Origin: Escherichia coli
GTDB taxonomy: Bacteria > Pseudomonadota > Gammaproteobacteria > Enterobacterales > Enterobacteriaceae
Strand: one strand, 5' to 3'
Assembly: GCF_045037415.1 (NCBI RefSeq)
Contig: NZ_CP173438.1
DNA: 64,000 bases
In this document: positions 12,688 through 26,709 of the stretch, in pieces
How positions within the stretch are numbered: the first letter of the stretch is position 1
Layout of the letters: each line of letters opens with the position of its first letter
Notes under the pieces: model-generated
Seen by the model: only the letters and a program-made list of their open reading frames with translations
The model's database searches: none
What the model was told of the DNA's origin: nothing
Made by a program: the position numbers and the translations under genes

Positions 12688-12897
12688 ATGGGAAACCGGA
12701 CAAAAGAGGATGAACTGTACCGAGAAATGTGCAGAGTTGTCGGTAAAGTTGTGCTGGAAATGCGCGATCTGGGGCAGGAACCAAAGCATATTGTTATCGC
12801 AGGCGTATTACGTACAGCATTAGCCAATAAACGCATTCAGCGCAGTGAGCTGGAAAAGCAGGCGATGGAAACAGTCATTAACGCACTAGTAAAATGA
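12688..12897 (+). CDS. fumD: fumarase D (YdhZ), 69 aa
   Basis: MGNRTKEDELYREMCRVVGKVV... matches recalled YdhZ/FumD. Confidence 0.85.
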   Translation: MGNRTKEDELYREMCRVVGKVVLEMRDLGQEPKHIVIAGVLRTALANKRIQRSELEKQAMETVINALVK

Positions 12898-13137
12898 CCA
12901 TTCAGGATGAGGCGGTAAGCTTCATCCTGATATTGTTAGTTCAGTTGCGGTCCAGTTAATCATTCTAAATAACAACTGCTGAAATTATACGAATTTCGGT
13001 GTATATTTTAATTTATAGCGATAAAGTTATTTTTATTTTCTGCGATGAATTTCACAAATAATTGTCGGTTAAGTTAAATTTATTTCAAATGATAATAAAT
13101 ATCACTTCACTTATAATTTCTTGCTTTGTGATTTTAA

Positions 13138-13151
13138 TTGATAACGATCAA
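13138..13151 (+). promoter_or_regulatory. FNR box upstream of ydhY
   Basis: ttgataacgatcaa is a perfect TTGAT-N4-ATCAA FNR/CRP-family palindrome, about 200 bp upstream of ydhY; the ydhYVWXUT operon is reported to be FNR-activated. Confidence 0.6.
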
Positions 13152-13352
13152 TGTTAAGAGCCCAGAATAATCACATTATTTTTTCTCCTAACCATAAAGG
13201 ATTAGTTTGTTAGCGTTAAATCTTTTCTCATACACTATCGGGTTAGGGAAAATATCTGGTGTTGAGGACAGCGTCAGCAGCGTATTAGTTGAGTGCTTAA
13301 TATCAGGCTGTTGAATTGTCAGCACTGTGTTTGCGAAGAGGATGCGAAATAA

Positions 13353-16102
<2,750 letters not shown>

Positions 16103-16105
16103 GGA

Positions 16106-16753
16106 ATGGGAGAGATGAACCATCAGGATGAATTGCCGTTAGCGAAAGTCAGCGAAATTGATGAGGCGAAGCGGCAATGGTTGCAGGGGATGCGTCACCC
16201 CGTTGATACGGTAACCGAACCAGAACCGGCTGAAATCCTGGCAGAGTTCATTCGCCAGCATTCTGCGGCTGGGCAGCTGGTGGCGCGCGCCGTGTTTCTC
16301 TCGCCACCCTATTCGGTTGCAGAAGAGGAACTGTCAGTTTTGCTGGAAAACATTAAGCAGAACGGAGACTACGCGGATATCGCTTGTATGACGGGAAGCC
16401 AGGATGATTACTATTACTCAACGCAGGCCATGAGTGAAAACTACGCGGCGATGTCTTTGCAAGTTGTGGAGCAGGACATTTGTCGCGCCATTGCACACGC
16501 CGTTCGTTTTGAGTGCCAGACGTATCCTCGTCCTTACAAAGTCGCCATGCTGATGCAAGCGCCATATTACTTCCAGGAAGCGCAGATTGAAGCCGCGATC
16601 GCCGCGATGGATGTTGCACCTGAATATGCCGATATACGGCAGGTGGAGTCATCGACGGCAGTGTTGTACTTGTTTAGCGAGCGATTTATGACCTATGGCA
16701 AGGCGTATGGCTTATGCGAATGGTTCGAGGTAGAGCAGTTTCAGAACCCCTGA
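16106..16753 (+). CDS. ydhW: protein YdhW (function unknown)
   Basis: 215 aa ORF in the conserved operon position. Confidence 0.85.
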   Translation: MGEMNHQDELPLAKVSEIDEAKRQWLQGMRHPVDTVTEPEPAEILAEFIRQHSAAGQLVARAVFLSPPYSVAEEELSVLLENIKQNGDYADIACMTGSQDDYYYSTQAMSENYAAMSLQVVEQDICRAIAHAVRFECQTYPRPYKVAMLMQAPYYFQEAQIEAAIAAMDVAPEYADIRQVESSTAVLYLFSERFMTYGKAYGLCEWFEVEQFQNP

Positions 16754-16816
16754 AATTTCAGGGGGATGTCATGGATAGGGTGGACAGTTGCAGCCACTGC
16801 ATTAGGGGATAATCAG

Positions 16817-17485
16817 ATGTCCTTCACTCGACGCAAATTTGTTCTGGGGATGGGAACAGTAATCTTTTTTACTGGTTCTGCGTCTTCTCTGTTAGCGAAT
16901 ACGAGGCAAGAAAAGGAAGTTCGGTATGCCATGATTCATGACGAGTCACGGTGCAATGGCTGTAATATCTGCGCCCGCGCATGCCGTAAAACTAACCACG
17001 TCCCCGCTCAGGGAAGCCGTTTATCGATAGCACACATTCCAGTCATCGATAACGACAATGGAACGCAGTATCACTTTTTTCGTCAGTCATGTCAGCACTG
17101 CGAAGATGCTCCTTGCATCGACGTTTGCCCGACAGGGGCGTCGTGGCGTGATGAGCAGGGGATCGTGCGGGTAGAAAAATCGCAGTGCATCGGCTGCAGT
17201 TATTGCATTGGCGTTTGCCCGTACCAGGTTCGCTACCTTAACCCTGTCACTAAAGTGGCAGATAAATGTGATTTCTGCGCTGAGACCCGACTGGCAAAAG
17301 GCTTTCCGCCCATTTGCGTCAGTGCCTGCCCGGAACACGCATTGATCTTTGGTCACGAAGATAGCCCAGAAATTCAGGCGTGGTTGCAGGAAAATAAATA
17401 CTATCAATATCAGCTACCTGGCGCCGGGAAACCGCATCTGTATCGCCGGTTCGGTCAACATTTGATTAAAAAGGAAAATGTATGA
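16817..17485 (+). CDS. ydhX: 4Fe-4S ferredoxin-like protein YdhX with twin-arginine signal
   Basis: 222 aa from ATG at 16817; N-terminal TRRKFVLG Tat motif; four Cys clusters. Confidence 0.9.
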   Translation: MSFTRRKFVLGMGTVIFFTGSASSLLANTRQEKEVRYAMIHDESRCNGCNICARACRKTNHVPAQGSRLSIAHIPVIDNDNGTQYHFFRQSCQHCEDAPCIDVCPTGASWRDEQGIVRVEKSQCIGCSYCIGVCPYQVRYLNPVTKVADKCDFCAETRLAKGFPPICVSACPEHALIFGHEDSPEIQAWLQENKYYQYQLPGAGKPHLYRRFGQHLIKKENV

Positions 17486-18267
17486 ACCCGTCGCAACATG
17501 CTGAACAGTTTCAGAGCCAGTTGGCGAACTATGTGCCACAGTTCACCCCCCAATTTTGGCCGGTGTGGTTGATCATTGCCGGACTATTGCTGGTTGGGAT
17601 GTGGTTGGTGCTGGGGCTACATGCCTTGCTTCGTGCTCGTGGCGTGAAGAAATCAGCCACCGATCATAGTGAGAGGATTTATCTTTACAGCAAAGCGGTC
17701 AGATTATGGCACTGGTCGAATGCGTTACTCTTTGTATTGTTGCTGGCAAGTGGGCTGATAAATCACTTTGCGCTGGTGGGCGCAACTGCGGTTAAAAGTC
17801 TGGTTGCGGTGCATGAAGTTTGCGGATTTTTGTTACTGGCATGCTGGCTTGGCTTTGTTCTGATCAATGCCGTTGGGGGTAATGGTCACCACTATCGCAT
17901 TCGTCGTCAGGGTTGGCTGGATCGAGCGGCAAAACAAACGCGATTTTATTTGTTTGGCATTATGCAGGGGGAAGAACATCCTTTCCCGGCAACAACCCAG
18001 TCTAAATTTAATCCCTTACAGCAGGTCGCCTATGTTGGTGTCATGTATGGATTGTTGCCATTGTTACTATTGACGGGGCTGCTGTGTCTCTATCCGCAAG
18101 CCGTGGGAGATGTGTTTCCTGGCGTAAGATACTGGTTATTGCAGGCGCATTTTGCTCTGGCATTTATAAGCCTCTTTTTTATCTTCGGTCATCTTTATCT
18201 TTGCACCACGGGGCGTACGCCACACGAAACCTTTAAAAGCATGGTCGATGGCTATCACCGGCACTAA
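17482..18267 (+). CDS. ydhU: PhsC/NrfD-like membrane quinol-interacting subunit YdhU
   Basis: 261 aa polytopic membrane protein; 4-nt overlap with ydhX. Confidence 0.9.
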   Translation: MNPSQHAEQFQSQLANYVPQFTPQFWPVWLIIAGLLLVGMWLVLGLHALLRARGVKKSATDHSERIYLYSKAVRLWHWSNALLFVLLLASGLINHFALVGATAVKSLVAVHEVCGFLLLACWLGFVLINAVGGNGHHYRIRRQGWLDRAAKQTRFYLFGIMQGEEHPFPATTQSKFNPLQQVAYVGVMYGLLPLLLLTGLLCLYPQAVGDVFPGVRYWLLQAHFALAFISLFFIFGHLYLCTTGRTPHETFKSMVDGYHRH

Positions 18268-18270
18268 CGA

Positions 18271-19083
18271 ATGATCATTACACGAGCAGACCTGCGAGAA
18301 TGGCGTATCGGAGCGGTGATGTATCGCTGGTTTCTGCGCCATTTCCCACGTGGCGGTAGTTATGCCGATATTCATCATGCACTGATTGAGGAAGGATATA
18401 CGGACTGGGCGGAGAGTCTGGTTGAGTATGCGTGGAAAAAATGGCTGGCAGATGAAAACTTCGCGCATCAGGAAGTTTCCTCTATGCAAAAACTGGCCAC
18501 AGATCCCGGAGAACGACTATTTTGCAGTCAGTTTGTCCGCAGCGACGATCATGCTCGCCTCGGCTGTTGTGAGGATAACGCCAGAATCGCAACCGCTGGG
18601 TATGCCGCGCAAATTGCCAGTATGGGTTATAGCGTGCGGATTGGAAGTGTCGGCTTTAACAGTCACATTGGCAGCTCCGGTGCACGCGCACGGGTTGCTG
18701 TAACCGGTAATTCTTCGCGGATAAGCAGCGCTGGAGATAGCGGTCGGATTGCGAATACCGGAATGCGAGTACGCGTTTGTACATTGGGTGAACGGTGTCA
18801 TGTCGCCAGTAATGGTGACCTGGTGCAAATCGCCAGCTTTGGCGCAAACGCCAGAATTGCCAACAGCGGCGACAATGTACACATCATTGCCAGTGGTGAA
18901 AATTCAACGGTAGTGAGCACGGGCGTGGTCGACTCAATTATTCTCGGGCCAGGGGGATGCGCCGCACTGGCATATCATGACGGCGAAAGAGTTCGCTTCG
19001 CCGTCGCCATTGAAGGTGAAAACAATATTCGAGCCGGAGTCCGCTATCGTCTTAATGAACAACATCAGTTTGTTGAGTGCTGA
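18271..19083 (+). CDS. ydhT: protein YdhT (function unknown; internal 9-residue repeats)
   Basis: 270 aa; last gene of the ydhYVWXUT cluster. Confidence 0.88.
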   Translation: MIITRADLREWRIGAVMYRWFLRHFPRGGSYADIHHALIEEGYTDWAESLVEYAWKKWLADENFAHQEVSSMQKLATDPGERLFCSQFVRSDDHARLGCCEDNARIATAGYAAQIASMGYSVRIGSVGFNSHIGSSGARARVAVTGNSSRISSAGDSGRIANTGMRVRVCTLGERCHVASNGDLVQIASFGANARIANSGDNVHIIASGENSTVVSTGVVDSIILGPGGCAALAYHDGERVRFAVAIEGENNIRAGVRYRLNEQHQFVEC

Positions 19084-19094
19084 TAGCTTTACCT

Positions 19095-20699
19095 TTAATC
19101 AAACGAAAGACGCCGACGCGCACGGGATGCAGGTTTTACGACCGCCCGAGCCATCGCCTCTCCAATTTCTGCACATGCCGTAATTCCCTGAACGAAAGGC
19201 TGGTCGTGCATCAACCAGGGCAACGCGCCGAACGCTACGCGCCCACGAATATCTTCGGGTTGCTGTAACGTATAATCTTCGCCAACATTAGGGATTTCAT
19301 CCCCTGTTTTCTGTAATTGTTCGCGTAGTCCAGGGAAAGGAATATCTTTCACTTTAAGCGGACGCTGCCCGCGGGCATCAATAAAAACGTCAAACGAGTA
19401 GCTATTGTCTTCCGTTTTCAGGACGGTGCGCGACTCATTAATTTCCATTTCGTAGTCTTCACCGAGGGCGAGAATATGAATGATTCCCGCTTCACGTAAG
19501 GCCAGTAGTCGACGAATAGACTCTGAAGGGATTGCCGCATAATTATCGATGAAAACCCGGGCAAGGCCTTTACTGAACCGTTTATGGTCGTGTTCATTCA
19601 GATGTGGAACAATTTCCTGTACGGCTTCATGCAGGCGCAGAATGACATAACGCCAGGGAACAGTATGTTTTTCTCGTTTATTGCGTTCGACTTCCTGGAG
19701 ATTTTCTTCTGCCCAGTCAAATGGGTCGCGTTGTTTGCGCTCGGCAAACCAGGCTTGAGCAAAGGAATCGACATTCAGGCTCTCTAAGGCTATGCGTTGG
19801 CTCCAGTCTGGATCAGCAAACTTGATTTCCTCTACTATCAATCTAAATACCCGATCCAAAAGGCCCACTTCGCCTTTTTGAATCTCAGCATTTAATGCCT
19901 GATCGGTGATGATGTGTAAGGGCTCGTAGGGAATAGGGCAATAGAAATCGGCTTCGGGTAAAATACCTGTGCGCGACATTAACGTAATATTTAGCTTTTC
20001 ATTTGCGTTATCGCGGTGAAAAGTGACGTGTTGTTTATCATCTTCAATGAACGAACCATGCTGAATAGCCACTGCCATTGCCGCATCCAGTCCGCTCAAG
20101 GATGTTCCCATAATACCCACGTTACACGCATCGACCTTTGCTTCCATCAGGCCTGACCACGGGCTGGGAAAATACGTTCTGGTTGCTTCTTCTTCATCAG
20201 GCCAGACGTGCCCCGTTGCGATCACCGCTAAATCAAACGTCTCGCTGGGTAAATTCAGATTTGTAGCGAGCATGACGCCAGCATTTGTAATTTGCAGATC
20301 GGTAACCTGGCATGATTCATAAACAGCCACTGCAAATTTTTGCTGTCGTGCCTGGTCTACTAATCGTAAAAATTGATCGCGGAAATATTCGCCCAGCAGA
20401 ATTCGCGGTAAAAACTGACGATCGTGCAAGGTTTCTTTTTTAACGCCATAACGCTGGAGATGGCTGGCTTCTTGCTTTTGTAGCCATTCGAGATACGTGC
20501 AATAAATCGGCGGTATTTCAATACTGGCAATGTTTGCCAGCATCAGTTTTGAGTTTTCCTCATCACTGTATGGCATCCCGATACCGGCTTCGTCAGCCTG
20601 ATCGAAGATAGAAATAGAAAGTGGCGTTTGTTGCTGTAGAAGCGAGAATAAGGTGTAGATCCCCGTAGGCCCGGCACCCACAATAGCAATTGTTTTCAT
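19095..20699 (-). CDS. ydhS: FAD/NAD(P)-binding protein YdhS
   Basis: 534 aa; N-terminal Rossmann motif IAIVGAGPTG. Confidence 0.9.
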   Translation of the reverse strand: MKTIAIVGAGPTGIYTLFSLLQQQTPLSISIFDQADEAGIGMPYSDEENSKLMLANIASIEIPPIYCTYLEWLQKQEASHLQRYGVKKETLHDRQFLPRILLGEYFRDQFLRLVDQARQQKFAVAVYESCQVTDLQITNAGVMLATNLNLPSETFDLAVIATGHVWPDEEEATRTYFPSPWSGLMEAKVDACNVGIMGTSLSGLDAAMAVAIQHGSFIEDDKQHVTFHRDNANEKLNITLMSRTGILPEADFYCPIPYEPLHIITDQALNAEIQKGEVGLLDRVFRLIVEEIKFADPDWSQRIALESLNVDSFAQAWFAERKQRDPFDWAEENLQEVERNKREKHTVPWRYVILRLHEAVQEIVPHLNEHDHKRFSKGLARVFIDNYAAIPSESIRRLLALREAGIIHILALGEDYEMEINESRTVLKTEDNSYSFDVFIDARGQRPLKVKDIPFPGLREQLQKTGDEIPNVGEDYTLQQPEDIRGRVAFGALPWLMHDQPFVQGITACAEIGEAMARAVVKPASRARRRLSFD

Positions 20700-20824
20700 T
20701 GTTACTTACCTGTACGCATTCTTTCGAATTTAGTGTTATCAGGTAAGTTTGGTTGAGATTTTTAGAATTTGAGAAATTTCAGACAGGGATGAAAAGGGCA
20801 CTAACCGCCCTTGATTAAAATCTG

Positions 20825-21130
20825 TCAGGCAAGTTTTGCCTGATTGATTTGACTCAGTGGCACATTGACATCGAAAACTTTGGCGACAACTTCCTCAACG
20901 CCGAGATTTTTCAGTCGGGCAGTATGTTTTTCCAGATAGGCAAGGGCGCTTTTTTCATCAGTGAAAAGGTAGATCCCACCGGCTTCGTGGTTCTTTTCAC
21001 TTTCTGTCCAAACCTTCCACAGAAAACCAGGTTCCTGATTAATCGACTCAGCAAGCGGTTTAAGCTGCTCAGCCATTGTGTCGCCAAATGGGCCATTGAA
21101 AGAAAAATGAAGTTGTAACAAAGTTGCCAT
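20825..21130 (-). CDS. ydhR: putative monooxygenase YdhR (dimeric alpha/beta barrel)
   Basis: 101 aa matching recalled YdhR. Confidence 0.88.
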   Translation of the reverse strand: MATLLQLHFSFNGPFGDTMAEQLKPLAESINQEPGFLWKVWTESEKNHEAGGIYLFTDEKSALAYLEKHTARLKNLGVEEVVAKVFDVNVPLSQINQAKLA

Positions 21131-21238
21131 AGCGATTCTCCTTCTGATAACGCATACGAAGACAGTGTAAATCTTTTAACGTATTGGATACAGAGAAGAA
21201 ACAGAGGGAAAAAAGGAGAAGACCAGATTAAGAAAATC

Positions 21239-21315
21239 TGGTGCGTCCGAGTGGACTCGAACCACCGACCCCCACCATGTCAAGGTGGTGCTCTAACCAA
21301 CTGAGCTACGGACGC
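21239..21315 (-). tRNA. valV: tRNA-Val (anticodon GAC)
   Basis: Reverse complement reads GCGTCCGTAGCTCAGTTGGTTAGAGCACCACCTTGACATGGTGGGGGTCGGTGGTTCGAGTCCACTCGGACGCACCA; cloverleaf with encoded CCA. Confidence 0.95.
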
Positions 21316-21319
21316 AGGA

Positions 21320-21396
21320 TGGTGCGTTCAATTGGACTCGAACCAACGACCCCCACCATGTCAAGGTGGTGCTCTAACCAACTGAGCTATGAACGC
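21320..21396 (-). tRNA. valW: tRNA-Val (anticodon GAC), second copy
   Basis: Reverse complement reads GCGTTCATAGCTCAGTTGGTTAGAGCACCACCTTGACATGG...CCAATTGAACGCACCA; 4-nt spacer from the first copy. Confidence 0.95.
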
Positions 21397-21703
21397 AACG
21401 TTGTAGGTGACAACGGGGACGAATATTAGCGGCAGAGTGGGAAGGTGGCAAGAGGCAAAACGTAATTTTCTGCGCTATTTCGACCGTTTGCAGAGCTTTT
21501 AAGCAAATTGGCTATATTTTGTTGATTTGCAAGGGCGATTTTTATTCAGGATCGCATTTACATCTGATACAACCCAATAATCCGTGTATCAGAGTTTAAA
21601 CAGAGTTGTTTGCCACCATCTCAAATCTGTCGTGGATAAATCCTTCGTAGCCTTTACACTTAGGTAGCAATAAAGGCACACAGATGCAGCAAAGGAATAA
21701 ATC

Positions 21704-22960
21704 ATGGGATCTGATGCGAAAAACTTGATGAGCGACGGGAACGTGCAAATTGTTAAGACCGGCGAGGTTATTGGCGCGACGCAACTTACTGAAGGCGAGT
21801 TGATTGTTGAAGCTGGCGGAAGAGCCGAAAATACCGTGGTCACGGGGGCTGGCTGGTTGAAAGTGGCAACCGGTGGGATAGCCAAATGCACACAGTACGG
21901 TAACAATGGCACACTATCGGTCAGCGACGGTGCCATTGCCACAGATATTGTTCAGTCCGAGGGAGGCGCAATTAGTCTCTCTACGCTCGCTACGGTTAAT
22001 GGCCGCCATCCCGAAGGTGAATTCAGCGTTGATAAAGGTTATGCCTGCGGTTTGTTGCTGGAAAATGGCGGTAACCTGCGTGTACTGGAAGGCCATCGCG
22101 CGGAAAAAATTATTCTCGATCAAGAGGGTGGCCTGTTGGTCAATGGGACAACCTCAGCGGTCGTGGTAGATGAAGGTGGTGAATTGTTGGTGTATCCAGG
22201 TGGGGAAGCCTGCAATTGTGAGATTAATCAGGGCGGCGTTTTTATGCTGGCGGGGAAAGCCAGTGATACGTTGCTTGCTGGTGGCACCATGAATAATCTC
22301 GGTGGTGAAGACTCTGACACTATTGTTGAGAATGGAGCCATCTATCGTCTGGGGACGGATGGTCTTCAGCTCTACAGTTCCGGTAAGACGCAAAACCTGT
22401 CCGTTAATGTGGGTGGTCGGGCTGAAGTGCATGCCGGTACGCTGGAAAATGCGGTAATACAAGGTGGGACAGTGATCCTGTTGTCACCCACCAGCGCGGA
22501 CGAAAATTTTGTCGTAGAGGAAGATCGCGCACCGGTTGAACTGACCGGTAGTGTTGCATTACTGGACGGCGCTTCAATGATTATTGGCTATGGCGCAGAT
22601 CTGCAACAATCAACGATTACTGTACAGCAGGGCGGTGTATTGATTCTCGACGGCAGTACGGTAAAAGGTGACAGTGTCACTTTTGGTATTGGTAACATCA
22701 ATCTAAATGGCGGAAAACTGTGGCTGATCACTGATGCGGCAACGCATGTGCAACTGAAAGTGAAACGCCTGCGCGGAGAGGGAGCCATTTGCCTGCAAAC
22801 CAGTGCGAAAGAAATTTCACCTGACTTCATCAATGTGAAAGGGGAAGTTACTGGTGATATACACGTTGAGATAACAGATGCCAGTCGGCAAACTCTGTGT
22901 AACGCACTGAAACTACAGCCAGACGAAGACGGGATTGGCGCAACGCTCCAGCCTGCGTAA
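21704..22960 (+). CDS. ydhQ: autotransporter-adhesin-related protein YdhQ (passenger-like, no beta-barrel)
   Basis: 418 aa, Gly/Thr/Val-rich beta-helix-like sequence. Confidence 0.88.
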   Translation: MGSDAKNLMSDGNVQIVKTGEVIGATQLTEGELIVEAGGRAENTVVTGAGWLKVATGGIAKCTQYGNNGTLSVSDGAIATDIVQSEGGAISLSTLATVNGRHPEGEFSVDKGYACGLLLENGGNLRVLEGHRAEKIILDQEGGLLVNGTTSAVVVDEGGELLVYPGGEACNCEINQGGVFMLAGKASDTLLAGGTMNNLGGEDSDTIVENGAIYRLGTDGLQLYSSGKTQNLSVNVGGRAEVHAGTLENAVIQGGTVILLSPTSADENFVVEEDRAPVELTGSVALLDGASMIIGYGADLQQSTITVQQGGVLILDGSTVKGDSVTFGIGNINLNGGKLWLITDAATHVQLKVKRLRGEGAICLQTSAKEISPDFINVKGEVTGDIHVEITDASRQTLCNALKLQPDEDGIGATLQPA

Positions 22961-23000
22961 AAACACAGGCGCAACCCGTGAAGGTTGCGCCTTGTCTTTA

Positions 23001-24395
<1,395 letters not shown>

Positions 24396-24588
24396 TTATA
24401 TGAGAGACTAAAAAGCCGCCTGAATGGGCAGCAAAAAGAAGAAGCAGGGGAAATTCAGTCTATTGTAGCGAGGATTTATTAATTCTCCAGTGAAAAAATA
24501 GCCATTCTTACCCCTTCACTGGTAAGGGCGTTTTCCACCTGCTATTGTGCTGAACAGAATGTCTTAACTGATTTCAGGAGTTGTAAGT

Positions 24589-25230
24589 ATGTTTACGGGG
24601 ATTGTACAGGGCACCGCAAAACTGGTGTCGATTGATGAGAAACCAAATTTTCGCACGCATGTGGTGGAGTTACCCGACCACATGCTGGACGGACTGGAAA
24701 CCGGTGCGTCCGTGGCGCATAACGGTTGCTGCCTGACCGTGACGGAAATTAACGGCAACCATGTCAGTTTTGACCTGATGAAAGAAACGTTACGCATTAC
24801 TAATCTTGGTGATTTAAAAGTGGGGGATTGGGTAAACGTTGAGCGTGCGGCGAAATTCAGCGATGAAATTGGCGGACACTTAATGTCAGGTCATATTATG
24901 ACCACCGCTGAAGTGGCGAAAATATTAACCTCGGAAAATAATCGTCAGATCTGGTTTAAAGTCCAGGATAGTCAGTTGATGAAATATATCCTGTACAAAG
25001 GATTTATTGGCATCGACGGTATTAGCCTGACCGTCGGCGAAGTCACGCCAACGCGTTTTTGCGTCCATTTAATTCCGGAAACACTGGAACGCACGACTCT
25101 TGGGAAGAAAAAACTCGGCGCACGCGTCAACATTGAAATCGATCCACAAACTCAGGCAGTGGTAGATACGGTAGAACGTGTGCTGGCGGCACGAGAAAAT
25201 GCCATGAATCAACCAGGTACAGAAGCCTGA
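24589..25230 (+). CDS. ribC: riboflavin synthase alpha subunit
   Basis: 213 aa [16 protein letters not shown]... with duplicated lumazine-binding halves. Confidence 0.95.
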   Translation: MFTGIVQGTAKLVSIDEKPNFRTHVVELPDHMLDGLETGASVAHNGCCLTVTEINGNHVSFDLMKETLRITNLGDLKVGDWVNVERAAKFSDEIGGHLMSGHIMTTAEVAKILTSENNRQIWFKVQDSQLMKYILYKGFIGIDGISLTVGEVTPTRFCVHLIPETLERTTLGKKKLGARVNIEIDPQTQAVVDTVERVLAARENAMNQPGTEA

Positions 25231-25236
25231 TCTGAA

Positions 25237-25259
25237 ATCGCCCCCGGAGCGGGGGCGAT
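25237..25259. terminator. bidirectional GC-rich hairpin between ribC and cfa
   Basis: atcgcccccggagcgggggcgat, a perfect 9-bp stem, between convergent stops. Confidence 0.5.
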
Positions 25260-25269
25260 AGAATAGCCT

Positions 25270-26419
25270 TTAGCGAGCGACTCGAAGGCCGTTTTCAACA
25301 CCGCGTGAGAACACGACCTGCCAGAGCTGAATATCACGGGCGCGGAAAGCACCTGCACAGGCATTCAGATAATAGGTAAACATCCGTTTAAAGCGTTCAC
25401 TGTAGTTATCCGCAATTTCTGGCCATGCGGCGAGGAATCGTTCATACCACGCCATCAACGTAGTATCGTAATCAGCACCGAAGTTATGCCAGTCTTCCAT
25501 CACAAAGTGGGGTTCGCTGGACTGAGCTATCTGGCGTACAGAGGGCAGGCAACCGTTCGGAAAAATATATTTATTAATCCAGGGATCAACATTCAGATCG
25601 GTTTTTTTCGAACCGATGGTATGGAGCAGGAATATACCTTCCGGTTTCAAATTACGATCCACCACCGCAAAATAGGTATCGTAATTTTTCGGTCCGACGT
25701 GTTCGAACATCCCCACAGAAACAATACGATCAAACTGGTCGTTCAGGTCACGATAATCTTGCAGCAAAATGGTGACATCCAGGCCTTCACAGCGTTCCTG
25801 AGCCATTTTTTGCTGTTCGGCAGAAATGGTGACGCCGACCACGCTTACGTCATAATTAGACGCCATGTAGTGCGCCAGTCCGCCCCAGCCACAGCCAATA
25901 TCCAGTACGCGCATCCCTGGTTTTAACTGCAATTTTTCACAAATCATTTTGAGCTTCGCCTGCTGGGCAGATTCCAGATTATCGGCATCTTTCCAGTAAG
26001 CACAGGAATATTGCATGAAGGGGTCAAGCATGCGGCTGAACAAGTCATTACCCAAATCGTAATGCTCTTTGCCGACTATCCAGGCACGTTTTTTACTCTG
26101 CAGATTGAAGAGACGAGCGCCGGCAATACGCAGCGTGTCTTTGAAATGATGGGGAAGTTGGTTCTCGAGAACCTGCGCGTAAGACTTTGCTAAAAAACAT
26201 ATCCAGTCGGTCACATTCCCACCAGCCATCCATATAACTTTCGCCTAACCCCAACGATCCTTCCTGCAGAACGCGTTTAAAAAAATCGGGGTTTTTGACA
26301 CGAATATCCGCCGGGGCAGAACCGTTAATGGCTATACCGGCACGGCTAAGTAATTCGTTGGCGATACGGTACCAGTTGTCATCTGGTACACTGACTTCTT
26401 CTATACACGATGAACTCAT
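25270..26419 (-). pseudogene. cfa: cyclopropane-fatty-acyl-phospholipid synthase, disrupted by a +1 frameshift near 26170
   Basis: Two overlapping minus-strand ORFs (26093..26419 and 25270..26229) together cover the 382-aa Cfa; they switch frame between Gly83 and Leu84. Minus strand reads caggttctcgag where an intact frame needs caggtctcgag. Confidence 0.8.
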
Positions 26420-26709
26420 AGTTTCTCCATCACTGGTCGGTGATCAGAACCTTAAAACAGCGTAGACGCTTTTTGGGCTTTGTGAGAAATCTCGCAGAAA
26501 AAACCGCGAGTCTATAATCCGACGTAGAACAGAGGGAAAGGAGGAACCCTTGCCGAAATGACCATCCATAGTGAGTCGGGAACGATCCTGTCCCCGTAAT
26601 AACATAATATTTATCGTAGTTTTAACAACTCGAAATTAGTATAGGCCGCTAATTTCAATCATACAACAAAATTTTGTTAGCAGCCTAAGTATAAGTATAT
26701 CGATATAGA

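Noticed and set aside
12560-12690. Short imperfect direct repeats (gattttgtttgatttttgttt) upstream of fumD as a possible mobile-element end or iteron
   Set aside because: Only two short AT-rich units in a promoter-like region; no terminal inverted repeats or target duplications; likely just A/T-tract promoter architecture.
21239-21703. Genomic island or prophage integrated at the tandem tRNA-Val genes
   Set aside because: Both tRNAs are intact; flanking genes (ydhR, ydhQ) are the normal K-12 neighbours; no integrase, direct repeats of the tRNA 3' end, or foreign ORFs are present. ORF 21241..21429 simply overlaps the tRNA sequences.
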